Assembly: GCA_030390025.1 (NCBI GenBank)
Contig: CM059445.1
Location: forward strand, 41,230,001 to 41,294,000
Length of the DNA stretch: 64,000 nucleotides
Origin: Squalus acanthias
Lineage: Eukaryota
Direction: 5' to 3'
Of this stretch, positions 51,084-62,872 are shown in pieces. Every line of letters begins with the position of its first letter. The stretch's first letter is position 1. Below the pieces are notes generated by a model that was given only the letters and a program-made list of their open reading frames with translations, was not told the DNA's origin and searched no databases. The translations under genes were made by a program, and so were the position numbers.

Positions 51084-51868
51084 CTGAAAAATAGCTTACG
51101 TCTCAAACATATGTTTGTTTTTAAACCTTCAAGTCCATTGGTTATTTGTTTTACCTCTCAAATCTCTTTTTTATCCACTAATCCAGCTACTACATTTGAC
51201 CCTGCGCAATATAAATAATGATGATGCTGTATTAATATCCATCTTTGTGGTACAGTCTTCTGTTTCAGATCCATGCAAAGTCTGTGTGCATACACTGTCA
51301 TTTCAATGTATTTTTGCAGTAGGGATTAAGACAATAGTGGTTCCTATCAGATTGTCTGCAAAGCTGCTCAGTCAGAGATTAAGCAGAAAGGAAAATTTAG
51401 ACATTGGATTTTTTTCTGAGGTAGAAACAGATGGTCGCTTTATTCTTTCGGTGTTCCAGTAATTCTGTTTTTTTATGTGCAAATTCTCCGTATCCTGGAT
51501 AATACTATTTTACTGTGCGATGTTCAAAGCTTTATTCATGTTTGCTCCTGTCGTCCCATATGCCAACAATGTAAGTCACAGGATAATAATGTAAAAGATA
51601 GTGTAAGCCACACTTCCTTAATTCAGACAATAGGCTGCCAATGGTGGATTAAATATTTACTTAGAGGAACCATACACTCCGAATGGCTTAACATGTTTAG
51701 CCAGTGAGTAGCTGAGCCCTACAAACCAGGAGGATCCCAGGGCTGTGTGCTGAGTTAGCTGATGTCAGCTGGAGTGATGGTAGCATTCTTTATTGTCCTC
51801 ATTTTTAATCAGATTCTTATCCAATCCCACATTCTACTGGATTCTCATGGGTTTTAGTTTAGTTGTCA

Positions 51869-52315
51869 GCTGTGGCTCAGTTGGTAGCACTCTTCGGCTC
51901 CTGAGTCAGGAGGTTGTGGGTCTCAAGTCTCACTCTCAGAGACTAGGCTGACACTCCAGCGCAGTATTGAGGGAGTGCTGCACTGTCGGAGGTACTGCTT
52001 TTGGATGAGATGGTGAAACGAGGCCCTGCCTACGCTCTCAGGTGGACGTAAAAGATCCCATGGCACTGTTTTGAAGAAGAGCTGGGGCGTTCTCCCTGGT
52101 GCCCTGGTCAATATTTATCCCTCAACCAACATCACTAAAACAGATTATCTGGCCAATATCTCATTGCTGTTTGTGGGATCTTACTGTGTGCAAATTGGCT
52201 GCCAAGTATCCTACATTATGAAGTGACTACGCATCAAAAGTACTTCGTTGGCTGGAAAGCGCTGTGGTACATCCTAAGGTTGTGAAAGGTGCTATAAAAA
52301 TGCAGGTCTTTCTTT
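51869..52315 (+). mobile_element. SacSINE1-like DeuSINE, full length
   Basis: tRNA head, Deu core and L2-like tail as in the other copies. Confidence 0.88.
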
Positions 52316-53276
52316 ACCTTTTGTTGATGCCAAGCCAGTGAGCCTGTAAATTCTTGGCTCAGATTTCTTAACCTTTTTAAATACAACTACCACATTTCCC
52401 TGCTTCCAGAACCTCACCAGTGCCCAAGAAGCCTTCCAAAACACCAGTCAGTGTTCATCAAATTTCATCCTTTGCCTCTTTCAGCGCCTTATGATACTTA
52501 ACACTTGACCCCGGGGGTTTGCTAGTTGTAGGTCACCCAAACTTAGCAAGTACCTGTGTAACATTGACTTCAAAATCTTCTAGGATGTAGGGCACACTAT
52601 AGATATTAGATAGAAAGTAGTGAATACTTCTGGTAAATATTAACTTCACGTTACAGATCAGCAAGGTTAAAATAATTAATGAAACTGTGTGAGGAAAGAG
52701 TGCGACAGGGGTTTTGATCTTAAAAGGTCTCCTTGATCTTTATGCTGGCACCTCAAACATGGCAGAGCTCCCTGATACCTCAGTCTAGCCATGTCAGTCT
52801 ACCCTCCATTTACATTGGTTAATCCTATTGCGAACTACATTCTATTCGGTAACAAATCCTGTTTTAACCTAGGTGTAAGCTATAGATATAATATGATATT
52901 TACATAGAAAGTAAATGCTAATATAGTGTTCATTAGAATAACTTGTTAATGGTACAGATCTGGTGGTTAGAAATATATTACCAGCAATAGCTCAGTCTAA
53001 TGGGAAGAATGTATTGTGTGGAGGGGAGGAAAGAGCTGGGAGGTGATGATCAAAAACAGATGGTCAAAATTTACCAAGGCTTCAAAATGCTGAAGGATAG
53101 CATGATCTGACAGAAAAAGAGAGAGTTGGCCAAGTAAAGAAAGAAACTGCATTTATATAGCGCCTTTCATATCCACAAAACATCCCAAAGAATGTTACGA
53201 CCAAAGAATTACTGTTGAAGTGTAGTCTTTTTGTTTTGTAGGCAAATGAAACAGCCAATTTGTACACATCAAGGTT

Positions 53277-56200
53277 TTTTTTTAATTAGTTCCAGCGTTT
53301 ATTGCCCATCCCTAATTGCCCTTGAGAAGGTGGTGGTGAGCCGCCTTCTTGAACCGCTGCAGTCCATGTGCTGAAGGTACTCCCACAGTGCTGTTAGGGA
53401 GAGAGTTCCAGGATTTTGAGCTAGCGATGATGAAGGAACGGCGATATATTTCTAAGTCAGAATGGTGTGTAACTTGGAGGGGAACTTGCAGGTGATGGCG
53501 TTACCATGTGCCTTCTGTCCTTGTCCTTCTAGGTGGAAGAGGTCACAGGTTTGGGAGGTGCTGTCAAGGAAGCCTTGGCGAGTTGCTGCAGTGCATCCTG
53601 TAGATGGTACACACTGCAACCACGGTGCGCCTGTGGTGGAGGAAGTGAATGTGGATGGGGTACCAATCAAGCGGGCTGCTTTGTCCTGGAGGGTGTCGAG
53701 CTTCTTGAGTGTTGTTGGAGCTGTACTCATGTACACAAGTGGACAGTATTCCATCACACTCCTGACTTGTGCCTTGTAGATGGTGGAAAGGCTTTGGGGA
53801 GTCAGGAGGTGAGACACTCGCCACAGAATACCCAGCCTCTGACCCGCTCTTGTAGCCATAGTATTTATGTGGCTGGTCCAGTTGGGTTTCTGGTCAATGG
53901 TGACCCCCAGGATGTTGATGGTGGGGGATCTGGTGATGGTAATACTGTTGAATGTCAAGGGGAGGTGGTTAGACTCTCGCTTGTTGAAGATAGTCATTGC
54001 CTGGCACTTGTGTGGTGTGAATGTTACTTGCCACTTATCAGCCCAAGCCTGAATGTCGTCCAGGTCTTGTTGCATGAAGATGGTTGGGCCTAGGACACTG
54101 CCCTGAGGAACTCCTGCAGCGATGTCCTGGGGCTGAGATGATTGACCTCCAACAACCACAACCATCTTCCTTTGTGTTAGGTAGGACTCCAGCCAGTGGA
54201 GAATTTCCCCCCTGATTCCCATTGACTTCAATTTTACTAGGGCTACTTGATGCCATACCTGGGCAGTTTTCCACATTGTCGGGTAGATGCCAGTGTTGTA
54301 GCTGTACTGGAACAGCTTGGCTAGAGGCGCGGCTAGTTCTGGAGCACAAGTCTTCAGCACGACAACTGGGATGTTGTCAGGGCCCATAGCCTTTGCTGTA
54401 CCCAATGCGCTCAGCCGTTTCTTGATATCATGTGGAGTGAATCGAATTGGCTAAAGACTGGCTTCTGTGATGGTGGGGACTTGAGGAGGAGGCCGATATG
54501 GGTCATCCACTCGGCACTTCTGGCTTTTGCACTCACGTGCTGGACTCCACCATTATTGAGGATGGGGATATTCATGGAGCCTCCTCCTCCCGTTAGTTGT
54601 TTAATGGTCCACCACCATTCACGACTAGATGTGGCAGAACTGCAGAGATTTGATCTGTTCCATTGATTGTGGGCTCGCTTAGCTCTCTCTATAGCATGCT
54701 GCTTCTGCTTTTTAGCATGCATATAGTCCTGTGTTGCAGCTTCCCCAGGTTGGCACCTCATTTTTAGGTACGCCTGGTGCTGCTCCTGGCATGCTTTTCT
54801 GCACTCCTCATCGAACCAGGGTTGGTTCCTTGGCTTGATGGTAATGGTAGAGTGAGGGATATGCCGGGCCGTGATGTTACAGATTGTGGTGGAATACAAT
54901 TCTGCTGCTGCTGATGGCCCACAGCGTCTCATGGATGCCCAGTTTTGAGCTGCTAGATCTGTTCTGAATCTATCCCATTTAGCACTGTGGTAGTACCACA
55001 CAACACAATGGAGGGTGTCCTCAGTGTGAAGACGGGACTTCATCTCCACAAGGACAGTGTGGTGGTCACTGCTACCAATACTGTCATGGACAGATGCATT
55101 TGCAACAGGTAGATTGGTGAGGACAAGGTCAAGTAATTTTTTCCCTCGTGTTGGTTCTCTCACCACCTGCCGCAGGCCCAATCTGGCATCTATGTCCTTC
55201 AGGACTCGGCCAGCTCGATCAGTAATGGTGCTACCGAGCCACTCTTGGTGATGGACATTGAAGTCCCCCACCCATAGTACATTCTGTGCCATTGCTACCC
55301 TCAGTGCTTCTTCCAAGTGGTTTTCAACATGGAGCAGTACTGAGGGAGGGTGGTAGGTGGTAATCAGCAGGAGGTTTCCTTGCCCATGCTTGACCTGAAG
55401 CCATGAGACTTCATGGGGTCCGGTGTCAATGTTGAGGACTCCCAGGGCCTCTCCCTCCCAACTGTATTCCACTGTGCTGCCACCTCTGGTGGGTCTGTCC
55501 TGCAGGTGCAGGACACTATCACTATCACTAAGGAAATAGTACTCGGTAAAATAATGGGACTAAAAGACAACAAGTCCCCTGGACCAGATGGCCTGCATCC
55601 CAGGGTCTTAAAAGAAGTGGCTGCAGAGATAGTGGATGCATTGGTTGCAATATACCAAAATTCCCTGGACTCTGGAGAGGTCCCAGCGGATTGAAAAACC
55701 GTTAATGTAACACCCCTATTTAAGAAAGGAGGGAGACAGAAAGCAGGAAACTATAGACCAGTTAGCCTAACATCTATCGTTGGGAAAATGCTGGAGTCCT
55801 TCATTAAGGAAGCAGTAGCAGGGCATTTAGAAAAACATACTGCAGTCATACAGAGTCAGCATGGTTTTAGGAAAGGGAAATCATGTTTAACAAATTTGCT
55901 GGAGTTCTTTGAGGATGTAACAAGCTGGGTGGACAAGGGTGAGCCAGTGGATGTGGTGTATTTGGATTTCCAGAAGGCATTCGATAAGGTGCCACATAAA
56001 AGGTTACTGCATAAGATAAGAGCTCACGGAGTTGGGGGTAATATATTAGCATGGATAGAGAATTGGCTAACTAACAGAAAGCAGAGAGTCAGGATAAATG
56101 GGTCATTTTCTGGTTGGCAAACGGTAACTAGTGGGGTGCCACAAGGATCGGTGCTGGGGCCCCAACTATTTACAATCTACATTGATGACTTCGATGAAGG

Positions 56201-57530
56201 GATCGATGTAATGTAGCCAAGTTTGCGGATGATACAAAGATGGATGGGAAAGCAAGTTGTGCAGAGGACTCAAAGAATCTGCAAAGGGATATAGACAGGC
56301 TAGGTGAGTGGGCAAACATTTGGCAGATGGAGTATAATGTGGGAAAGTGCGAGGTTATCCACTTTGGCAGGAAAAATAAAAAAGCAAACTATTATTTAAA
56401 TGGAGAGAGATTACAAAATGCTACAGTTCAGAGGGACCTGGGGGTCCTTGTGCATGAAACACAAAAAGTTAGCATGCAGGTACAGCAAGTAATCAAAAAG
56501 GCAAATGGAATGTTGGCCTTTATTTCAAGGGGGTTGGAGTATAAAATCAGGGAAGTCCTGCTACAACTGTACAAGGTATTGGTGAGACCACACCTTGAGT
56601 ACTGCGTACAGTTTTGGTCTCCTTATTTAAGGAAGGATATACTTGCATTGGAGGCAGTTCAGAGGCGATTCACATGGTTAATTCCAGAGATGAGGGGTTT
56701 GACTTATGAGGAAAGGTTGAGCAGGCTGGGCCTATACTCATTGGAATTTAGAAGAATGAGATCTTATCGAAACATATAAGATACTGAGGGGGCTCGACAG
56801 GGTAGATGCAGAGAGGATGTTTCCCCTCGTGGGGAAATCTAGAACTCGGGGGCACAGTCTCAGAATAAAGGGTCGCCCTTTTAGAACTGAGATGAGGAGG
56901 AACTTCTTCTCTCAGAGGGTCGTAAATTTGTGGAATTCTCTGCCCCAGAGAGCTGTGGAGGCTGGGTCATTAAATACATTTAAAGTGGAGATAGACAAAT
57001 TTTTGCAAGATAAGGGAGTGAAGGGTTATGGGGAGCGGGCTGGGAAGTGGCTTTGAGCCCAAGATCAGCCATGATCTTATTGAATGGCGGAGCAGGCTCG
57101 AGGGGCCAAGTGGCCTATTCCTGCTCCTATTTCTTATGTTCTTTGTTCTTATGTGCGACAGGACTTACCCAGGGATGGTGATGGAGGAGTCTGGGACATT
57201 GGCTGAAAGGTATGATTCTGTGAGTATGACTATGTCAGGCTGTTGTTTGACTAGTGTGTGGGACAGCTCTCCCAATTTTGGCACAAGTCCCCAGATGTTA
57301 GTGAGGAGGACTTTGCAGGGTCGTCGACTGGGCTGGGTATGCCGTTGTCGTGTCCGAAAAGGTGCCTAGTTCGATGCCGGGTGGTCCATCCGGTTTTATT
57401 CTTATTATTGTTTTTCGTTGCAGTTTGTTACAACTGAGTGGCTTGCTAGGCCATTTCAGAGGGCAGTTAAGAGTCAACCACATTACTGTGGGTCTGGAGT
57501 CACATATAGGCCAGATCAGGTAAGGACGGT
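53277..57530 (-). mobile_element. LINE-B copy 2, internally deleted and interrupted by CR1
   Basis: ORFs 54411-55472 (EN) and 53452-54405 (RT with deletions); colinear with 6108-9716; 5' region at 57153-57530. Confidence 0.9.
55510..57152 (+). mobile_element. CR1 LINE (RT and 3' end) nested in LINE-B
   Basis: [44 protein letters not shown]; (ttcttatg)n tail. Confidence 0.93.
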
Positions 57531-58045
57531 TAAGTTCACAAACAGCAAACACGATTAATGGCCAGTTAACCTGTTTTGGTACAGGATGAGGGATAAATCC
57601 TGGCCAAGACACCAGGAGAACTCCCTTGCACTTCTTCAAATAGTCCCACGGGATCTTTTACACCCACCCAAACAAATAGCATCTCCAACAATGCAGCATT
57701 CCGTCAGTACTGCACTATAGTGTCAGCCTACATTATATGCTGAAGTGCTGGGGTAGATCTGGAGCCTGAAATCCTCTGACTCAGGGGCAAGCGTGCTACC
57801 ACTGAGCCAAGCCAAGAGCATTCTCTAAAACGGCACCACGACATAGCACTTGATGCTAACAGGCACCTCAAAAACCCCGTCCATGACCTTTTAGCCCAGG
57901 AATGTGGGGCAGGAGGAAGAGAGAAACCCGAAGAGTAAAGCTGCCTTTAATGCCAACCTACTGGTATTCATTACCGCTATGGTTTCATCTGTACAGCCAA
58001 AACAGCATCCTGGCTAACGTTTAGCATGTTTATGGAAAGCTGCCA

Positions 58046-58146
58046 TTAACTGCTGAGAGAACCACTCATTGTGCTACATAAAGACACTCTCATGTTGCTT
58101 GTTCTTGGTGTAGATTTATAAACTGGTGACAGTCCATTAACAGCTG
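58046..58146 (-). CDS. Weak candidate terminal exon
   Basis: Acceptor ttttaatattacag|cag followed by AVNGLSPVYKSTPRTSNMRVSLCSTMSGSLSS*; no recognised homology. Confidence 0.2.
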
Positions 58147-58527
58147 CTGTAATATTAAAACAGATTAATGCTTTAAAAATGTGTATAACAGGTATGTACA
58201 AATCATGCAACCATTTTGTGACTCTTCGGGATTTTTTATGGGAGGGTGAGCTTTTGCTGATTAGGAGCATGGATGTGGATATTGGGGACGGTTATATTTT
58301 TTCAATTATTACTCCCAGGGCATCAAAGACTCCCAGATGAAGACATAGGGTGAAGTTGCTGTAAAGTATGGAAGCGTTTGCATTGTCAGGCGAGGATTAG
58401 GCTCTCTTAAAGCCTTCTCACCCTTTCTGCAGGAATATCCAACCAACACTAAGGATTGGATTCCCCTCTCTGTGGTGAGGTGTCAGTGGGATGGAATTTA
58501 CGCTCAGCCCTCCGACTGCTGTAACCC

Positions 58528-58915
58528 TGTCATCCTTGTTTTCAAATCCCTCCATAGCCTCCCCCCCTCCCTATCTCTGTAACCTCCTCCAGCCCTACAA
58601 ACCTCTGAGATCACTGCGCTCCTCCATTTCTGGCCTCTGTGGAGCCCCAATTTTAATCACTCCACCATTGGTGGCCATGCCTTCTGGTGCCTAGGCCCTA
58701 AGCTCTGGAATTCCCTCGCTAAACCTCTCCGCCTCTCTACCTCGCTCTCCTCCTTTAGGATGCTCTTTAAAACCTACCTCTTTGAGCAAGCTTTTGGTCA
58801 TCGATTCTAATATCTCCTTATGTGGCTCGGTCAAATTATGTTTGATAACACTCCTGTGAAGTGCCTTGGGACATTTCACTACATTAAAGGCGCTATATAA
58901 ATGCAAATTCTTGTT
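58528..58915 (+). mobile_element. L2-clade LINE 3' fragment
   Basis: ILVFKSL...PPYLCNLLQPY...GPKLWNSL; tail aaggcgctatataaatgcaa. Confidence 0.82.
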
Positions 58916-59169
58916 GAATCTTTTTCCTGGGTCGGAGTTCATTCAGCATGCAGCTACAGCTATCGGCGGAATTTCTGTCAATGTGAGGCAGACCTCTGCT
59001 GCCAATGAGGGAAATCCTGACAACGCTGCAGCAGCCAAAGAGGATGGAGGCCAGATTAAAGAGGCAGAAGAGCTCTTTAGATGTCAGGTAAGAGATTGGG
59101 CTGAAATGGAGGGAGAGGAGGCCTCTGCAAAGCCTGGTCCCTCCATTTACAAAATTTTAGGCCATTACC

Positions 59170-59280
59170 ACCATTACCTGGTCCTACCCAGGGTGAGATG
59201 AAGTAAGGTGGGTGGAGACTACTGTGAAGCATAGACCCGTTGGGCCGAATGGCCTGTTTCTGTACTGTAAATGCTATGTA
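59170..59280 (+). mobile_element. CR1-type 3' tail
   Basis: gggccgaatggcctgtttctgtactgtaaatgctatgta. Confidence 0.6.
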
Positions 59281-59576
59281 ATACCGCCACCTTTCACAAG
59301 GTGGCCTCAGGGAGCAGCTGCAAGAAGGGCAAAAGGGAGGGAAATGAGGTCGGAAGCTTTTCCTCATCCTCTGAAAACTGACATTTCCATGTGGCAGGCG
59401 GGGAAAAAGGCGGTCCTGGTGGAGCAGGGGGTGGGGGGCGGTTAAACCTCACTGCCCGATTTTGCAACATTTATTTCCGTTATACTGCCCAATTTCAGGT
59501 GGGATTGTGAGGGAAAGTCCAGCCCTTCCTGTCTGGGATCATTAATGTTGTGGTACACAAGGCCTGTGGAGTCATT

Positions 59577-60313
59577 GGGCTGGATTTTCATTGACCCGTG
59601 GAGGCGGGTTTGGAGGCGTGTGGGAGGTTAAAATTGCGAAAACTGGCGGGCGGGCACAAGTCCGCCTCCATGCAATTTTAATTAAATCGTGTCTGCTGGT
59701 CCCGACTCTATTCCGCCTCTAAGAGGCGGGATAGGCTGTTAAGGCCCTTAACAAGCACTAAATTGCCTCTATAATGCCATTTTGAAAGGCTTTTGTGATT
59801 TTAACCCTTGTTCTACGTGAAGCACGCCTGTTCTTGACCACAAATGTGAAACCTGGCGGGAGCACATCTATCTGGCTGGCTCGCTGGCTGGCTGGCTCTC
59901 TCTCTGGCTCGCTGGCTCTCTCTCTGGCTCTGGCTCTGGCTGGCTATGGGGCTGCATATATGGATGGCTATGTGGATGGATGTATATATGGATGGAGAGG
60001 AGACATATCTGGGAGTGGTGGTGTAAAAATATCTGGGAGCAGACTTAGGACTGCTGCTACTCATTTTGCAGGTCCTCTCACAGCAAAGGCCAGGCAGTCT
60101 TTGCAGACCTTCAATGCAACAGCAATGATGACATCATCAAAGGCGACTTTCAGACTGAAAACACTAATTGGTTCATGGGTTCCCACATGCTGGAACTCAA
60201 TTGCCCAATTAGGTGAAAATCGCTTCAATCTCCCACATCCAATTACAGTCGGGTGGATAACACGGAAAGTGGATGACATGACCCCAACCCTCCCCAGTAT
60301 TAAAATCCAGCCC
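59577..60313. mobile_element. Harbinger-type MITE with internal microsatellites
   Basis: TIRs gggctggattt / aaatccagccc; TSD ATT (59574-59576, 60314-60316); (tggc)/(tggctc)/(tgga) runs at about 59870-59995. Confidence 0.82.
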
Positions 60314-60949
60314 ATTATCTTCAAGAAAGGAATGCAGGAAACCAAGGGGGTGGTGGGGGGGAAACACTCCCAGGGCATTGCTTTGAAGGAATAAAGGAAT
60401 GGTGAACTCTCCCAGTCTCTGCAAAGAGGATATTTGTACTTTGGAAGTTCATCAATTCCCATTGGAATGTATCTGTGAAAGTGCCAGGACTTAATACATG
60501 CAGTCACACTAATATTCCTGCTTCAAAATCTGCTTAAAGTTTAATGACATAAGTGGTGCATCTTATTCTCCAAATACATTGCTTACTAAATTATGAAAGA
60601 ATTAGCATTTCATTACTTTACACTGTCTCACCAGCTAACTGTGGTAATAGCACTACTGTTACATCTTTGGAGTCAAAACAAATATCCTGCAATACTGTGC
60701 TAATTTATTGACCACTTTGCTCAAAAGGGCCTGCATCACTTGTAGTCTGTGCATTTTTGATGCATTCCAGTAATGATAATCCTTCCCATTCTTGTTAGAG
60801 TTGATTACCAATAAAAGTCTAACCGTTTCCTTAACTAAGAAAAGTTAACCTAGAAATTATTGCTTTAGGTCTCAGCGTACAAACACTTAACACGGCATCC
60901 CTAAGTCAGTGTGTGTATGTTAACAAATCATAAACTGTCATTTTCAGGC

Positions 60950-61925
60950 TAAAAAAAGATAATGCTGGAAACACTTGGCAGGCCAGGCAACATCTGCATT
61001 GAGAGAAACAGAGTTAACGGGTGCGATTTTGCCAGCCCCGGGGAGGTGGGTATGGAGGCGGGACTGCTGGAAAAATGGCAGAAACTGGGGGTGGGTGGCA
61101 ACCAGGTGCCATCTTGCCAGGAGAGGGGTTGCTGTCCTGCGCCGGGTCCCGTCTCCTTGGAGGCGGGAAGGGATTAAAGCCTATTAACTGCCTGTTAACA
61201 GGTAGTTAACAGGCAGAAAATAGGATTATCCCTTTTTTTGCCCTCACAAGTGCGGGCTTCCCAAAGGCTCCAAAACCCGTCAGGGTCACCGAGGCGAATA
61301 CTGGGTCTGCGGGGGTCGGAGGGGGTGCAAAAGTGTGGTGTGAAGGTAAGTGATGGGTGCAAGAGTGTAGAGGTGAGTATCTGAGGTAAGTTCTGAGTGT
61401 TTTTAAAAGTGTACTTACCTTTGTTTCTTCCTGCAGGCTTCAGTCGGTTTCTATACGGAGAGTCTCGCACCTCCGTGTTGCAGATGAGAGATGTCCGTTG
61501 CATTCTCAGATGCAATAAACATCTCAATTCTGTAAAAGAAAGAAGGTTGATGAGGTCTTGTATGCAAGACCTCATCAAACTGCAGAGATTGTCACTGTTT
61601 TGACAGCTTCACAGAGCTGTCAAACGATGACAATTCATCTGTCAAATTTTTTTGACAGATGACACGACATACATTGACGTGCTCTGCAACCGGCTTTCCC
61701 TTAATTGGCCTGCTAGGCCCGCTGGGCGGCTTAACAAGGTCAATCAAGGGAAAATAGCGTGGGTTGGCTACAACTCGATGGAGGTGGGATTGAAACCCGA
61801 GAAGCAGCAGTCCCGCCTCCAACGCGCCTCCATTCACAAAATCGTCCCCAACGTCTCAGGTCGATGACCTTACATCAGAACTCATTTCAGATTTCCAACA
61901 TCCGCAGTATTTTGCTTTTGTTTTA
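60950..61925 (-). mobile_element. Penelope pseudo-LTR end with an inverted tail, split by a MITE
   Basis: gagagaaacagagttaac [MITE] aacgtctcaggtcgatgaccttacatcagaact, then catttcagatttccaacatccgcagtattttgc; same layout as 14405-14538. Confidence 0.72.
61019..61849. mobile_element. Harbinger MITE, family H3
   Basis: TIRs gggtgcgattttg / caaaatcgtcccc; perfect TSD AAC (61016-61018, 61850-61852). Confidence 0.85.
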
Positions 61926-62675
61926 GTGCGTCATTTGTAGGCTGTTGTATTTGCATAACTGGTGAGTTATTTTGGTAGACTGAAAATGCCTCTATAAGTG
62001 CCACCGGCCTGTGTGAGCAATGTAGTCAATAAAATAGTAAGATATTGCAATATATTTGTCTCGACTTCAATGATGTACCAGAAGTGGTATTATCACTGTT
62101 ACTGTCAGCAGTGAGACAGTGTAAAATAAGGAAATGCTAATTTTTTCATAATTTAGTGAAAATGAAAATGAACGATCAGTTTGCAGCACTAATAATTTTA
62201 CTCATTGGATTATCTGTTCTGCAGCTGACTCTAAATGAATTACGACAATTTTTAGATGATTGGGTTAATGTTCAAAAGATTGGAGTTCTAACTCATGCTT
62301 AAGTGGAATGAGCAATCAGCTAATAATACTCAATGCATTGAGCAATGACAAAATGCATTTATTAGTACATTTGCAATCTATATTTGGAATGCTGTTCATT
62401 ATTTCCATATTTTATCTTGGTGTTTTCACTTGAAAGTTCTGTTTATGTTTATGATTCTGTTTATGCTATCAAGCTTGAGAAAAGACCATCATGCCCATTC
62501 ATGCTAGCTCCCTTTCTTGGCTGGTTTCACCCCCATACATCAACCCTTCCTTCCCCCATCCCCCGGGAGGGCCAAAAAAGACCTCTGGCCCATTCTGTCA
62601 AAAACTCCCCCTCAATGTTCTGGAAATCAGCCCCAAAATACAGCAAAATCACACAAGGGAGTGTGACAGACTGGG

Positions 62676-62872
62676 AAGAAAGAAGAAGAAAGAAAGTCTT
62701 GCATTTCTATAGCACTTTCACGACCACCGGACGTCTCAAAACGCTTTACAGCCAATGAAGTACTATTTGAAGTGGAGTCACTGTTGTAATGTGGGAAATG
62801 CGGCAGGCAATTTGCGCACAGCAAGCTCCCACAAACAGCAATGTGATAATGACCAGATAATCTGTTTGTGTT
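62676..62872 (-). mobile_element. SacSINE1-like 3' half
   Basis: Reverse complement of the Deu-core end and tail; (aag)/(aaag) run. Confidence 0.85.

Larger units (their letters stand above)
53136..57815 (-). mobile_element. Older SacSINE1-like element split by LINE-B (3' part 53136-53276, 5' part 57530-57815)
   Basis: Head tggctcagtggtagc at about 57800; the two halves join at gctgtttgtg...tgtgtacaaattggctg. Confidence 0.7.
60585..62157. repeat. Old element with about 175-bp inverted arms (60585-60760 and 61981-62157)
   Basis: actaaattatgaaagaattagcatttcattactttacactgtctcac... versus reverse complement actaaattatgaaaaaattagcatttccttattttacactgtctcac... Confidence 0.75.

Noticed and set aside
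54240-54270. LINE-B deletion as a spliced-out intron (cag|gtatgt is a perfect donor in the parent)
   Set aside because: The junction retains gtatg, which fits microhomology deletion rather than GT-AG splicing.
59795-60507. 199-aa and 148-aa ORFs
   Set aside because: They run through MITE microsatellites and give low-complexity translations.
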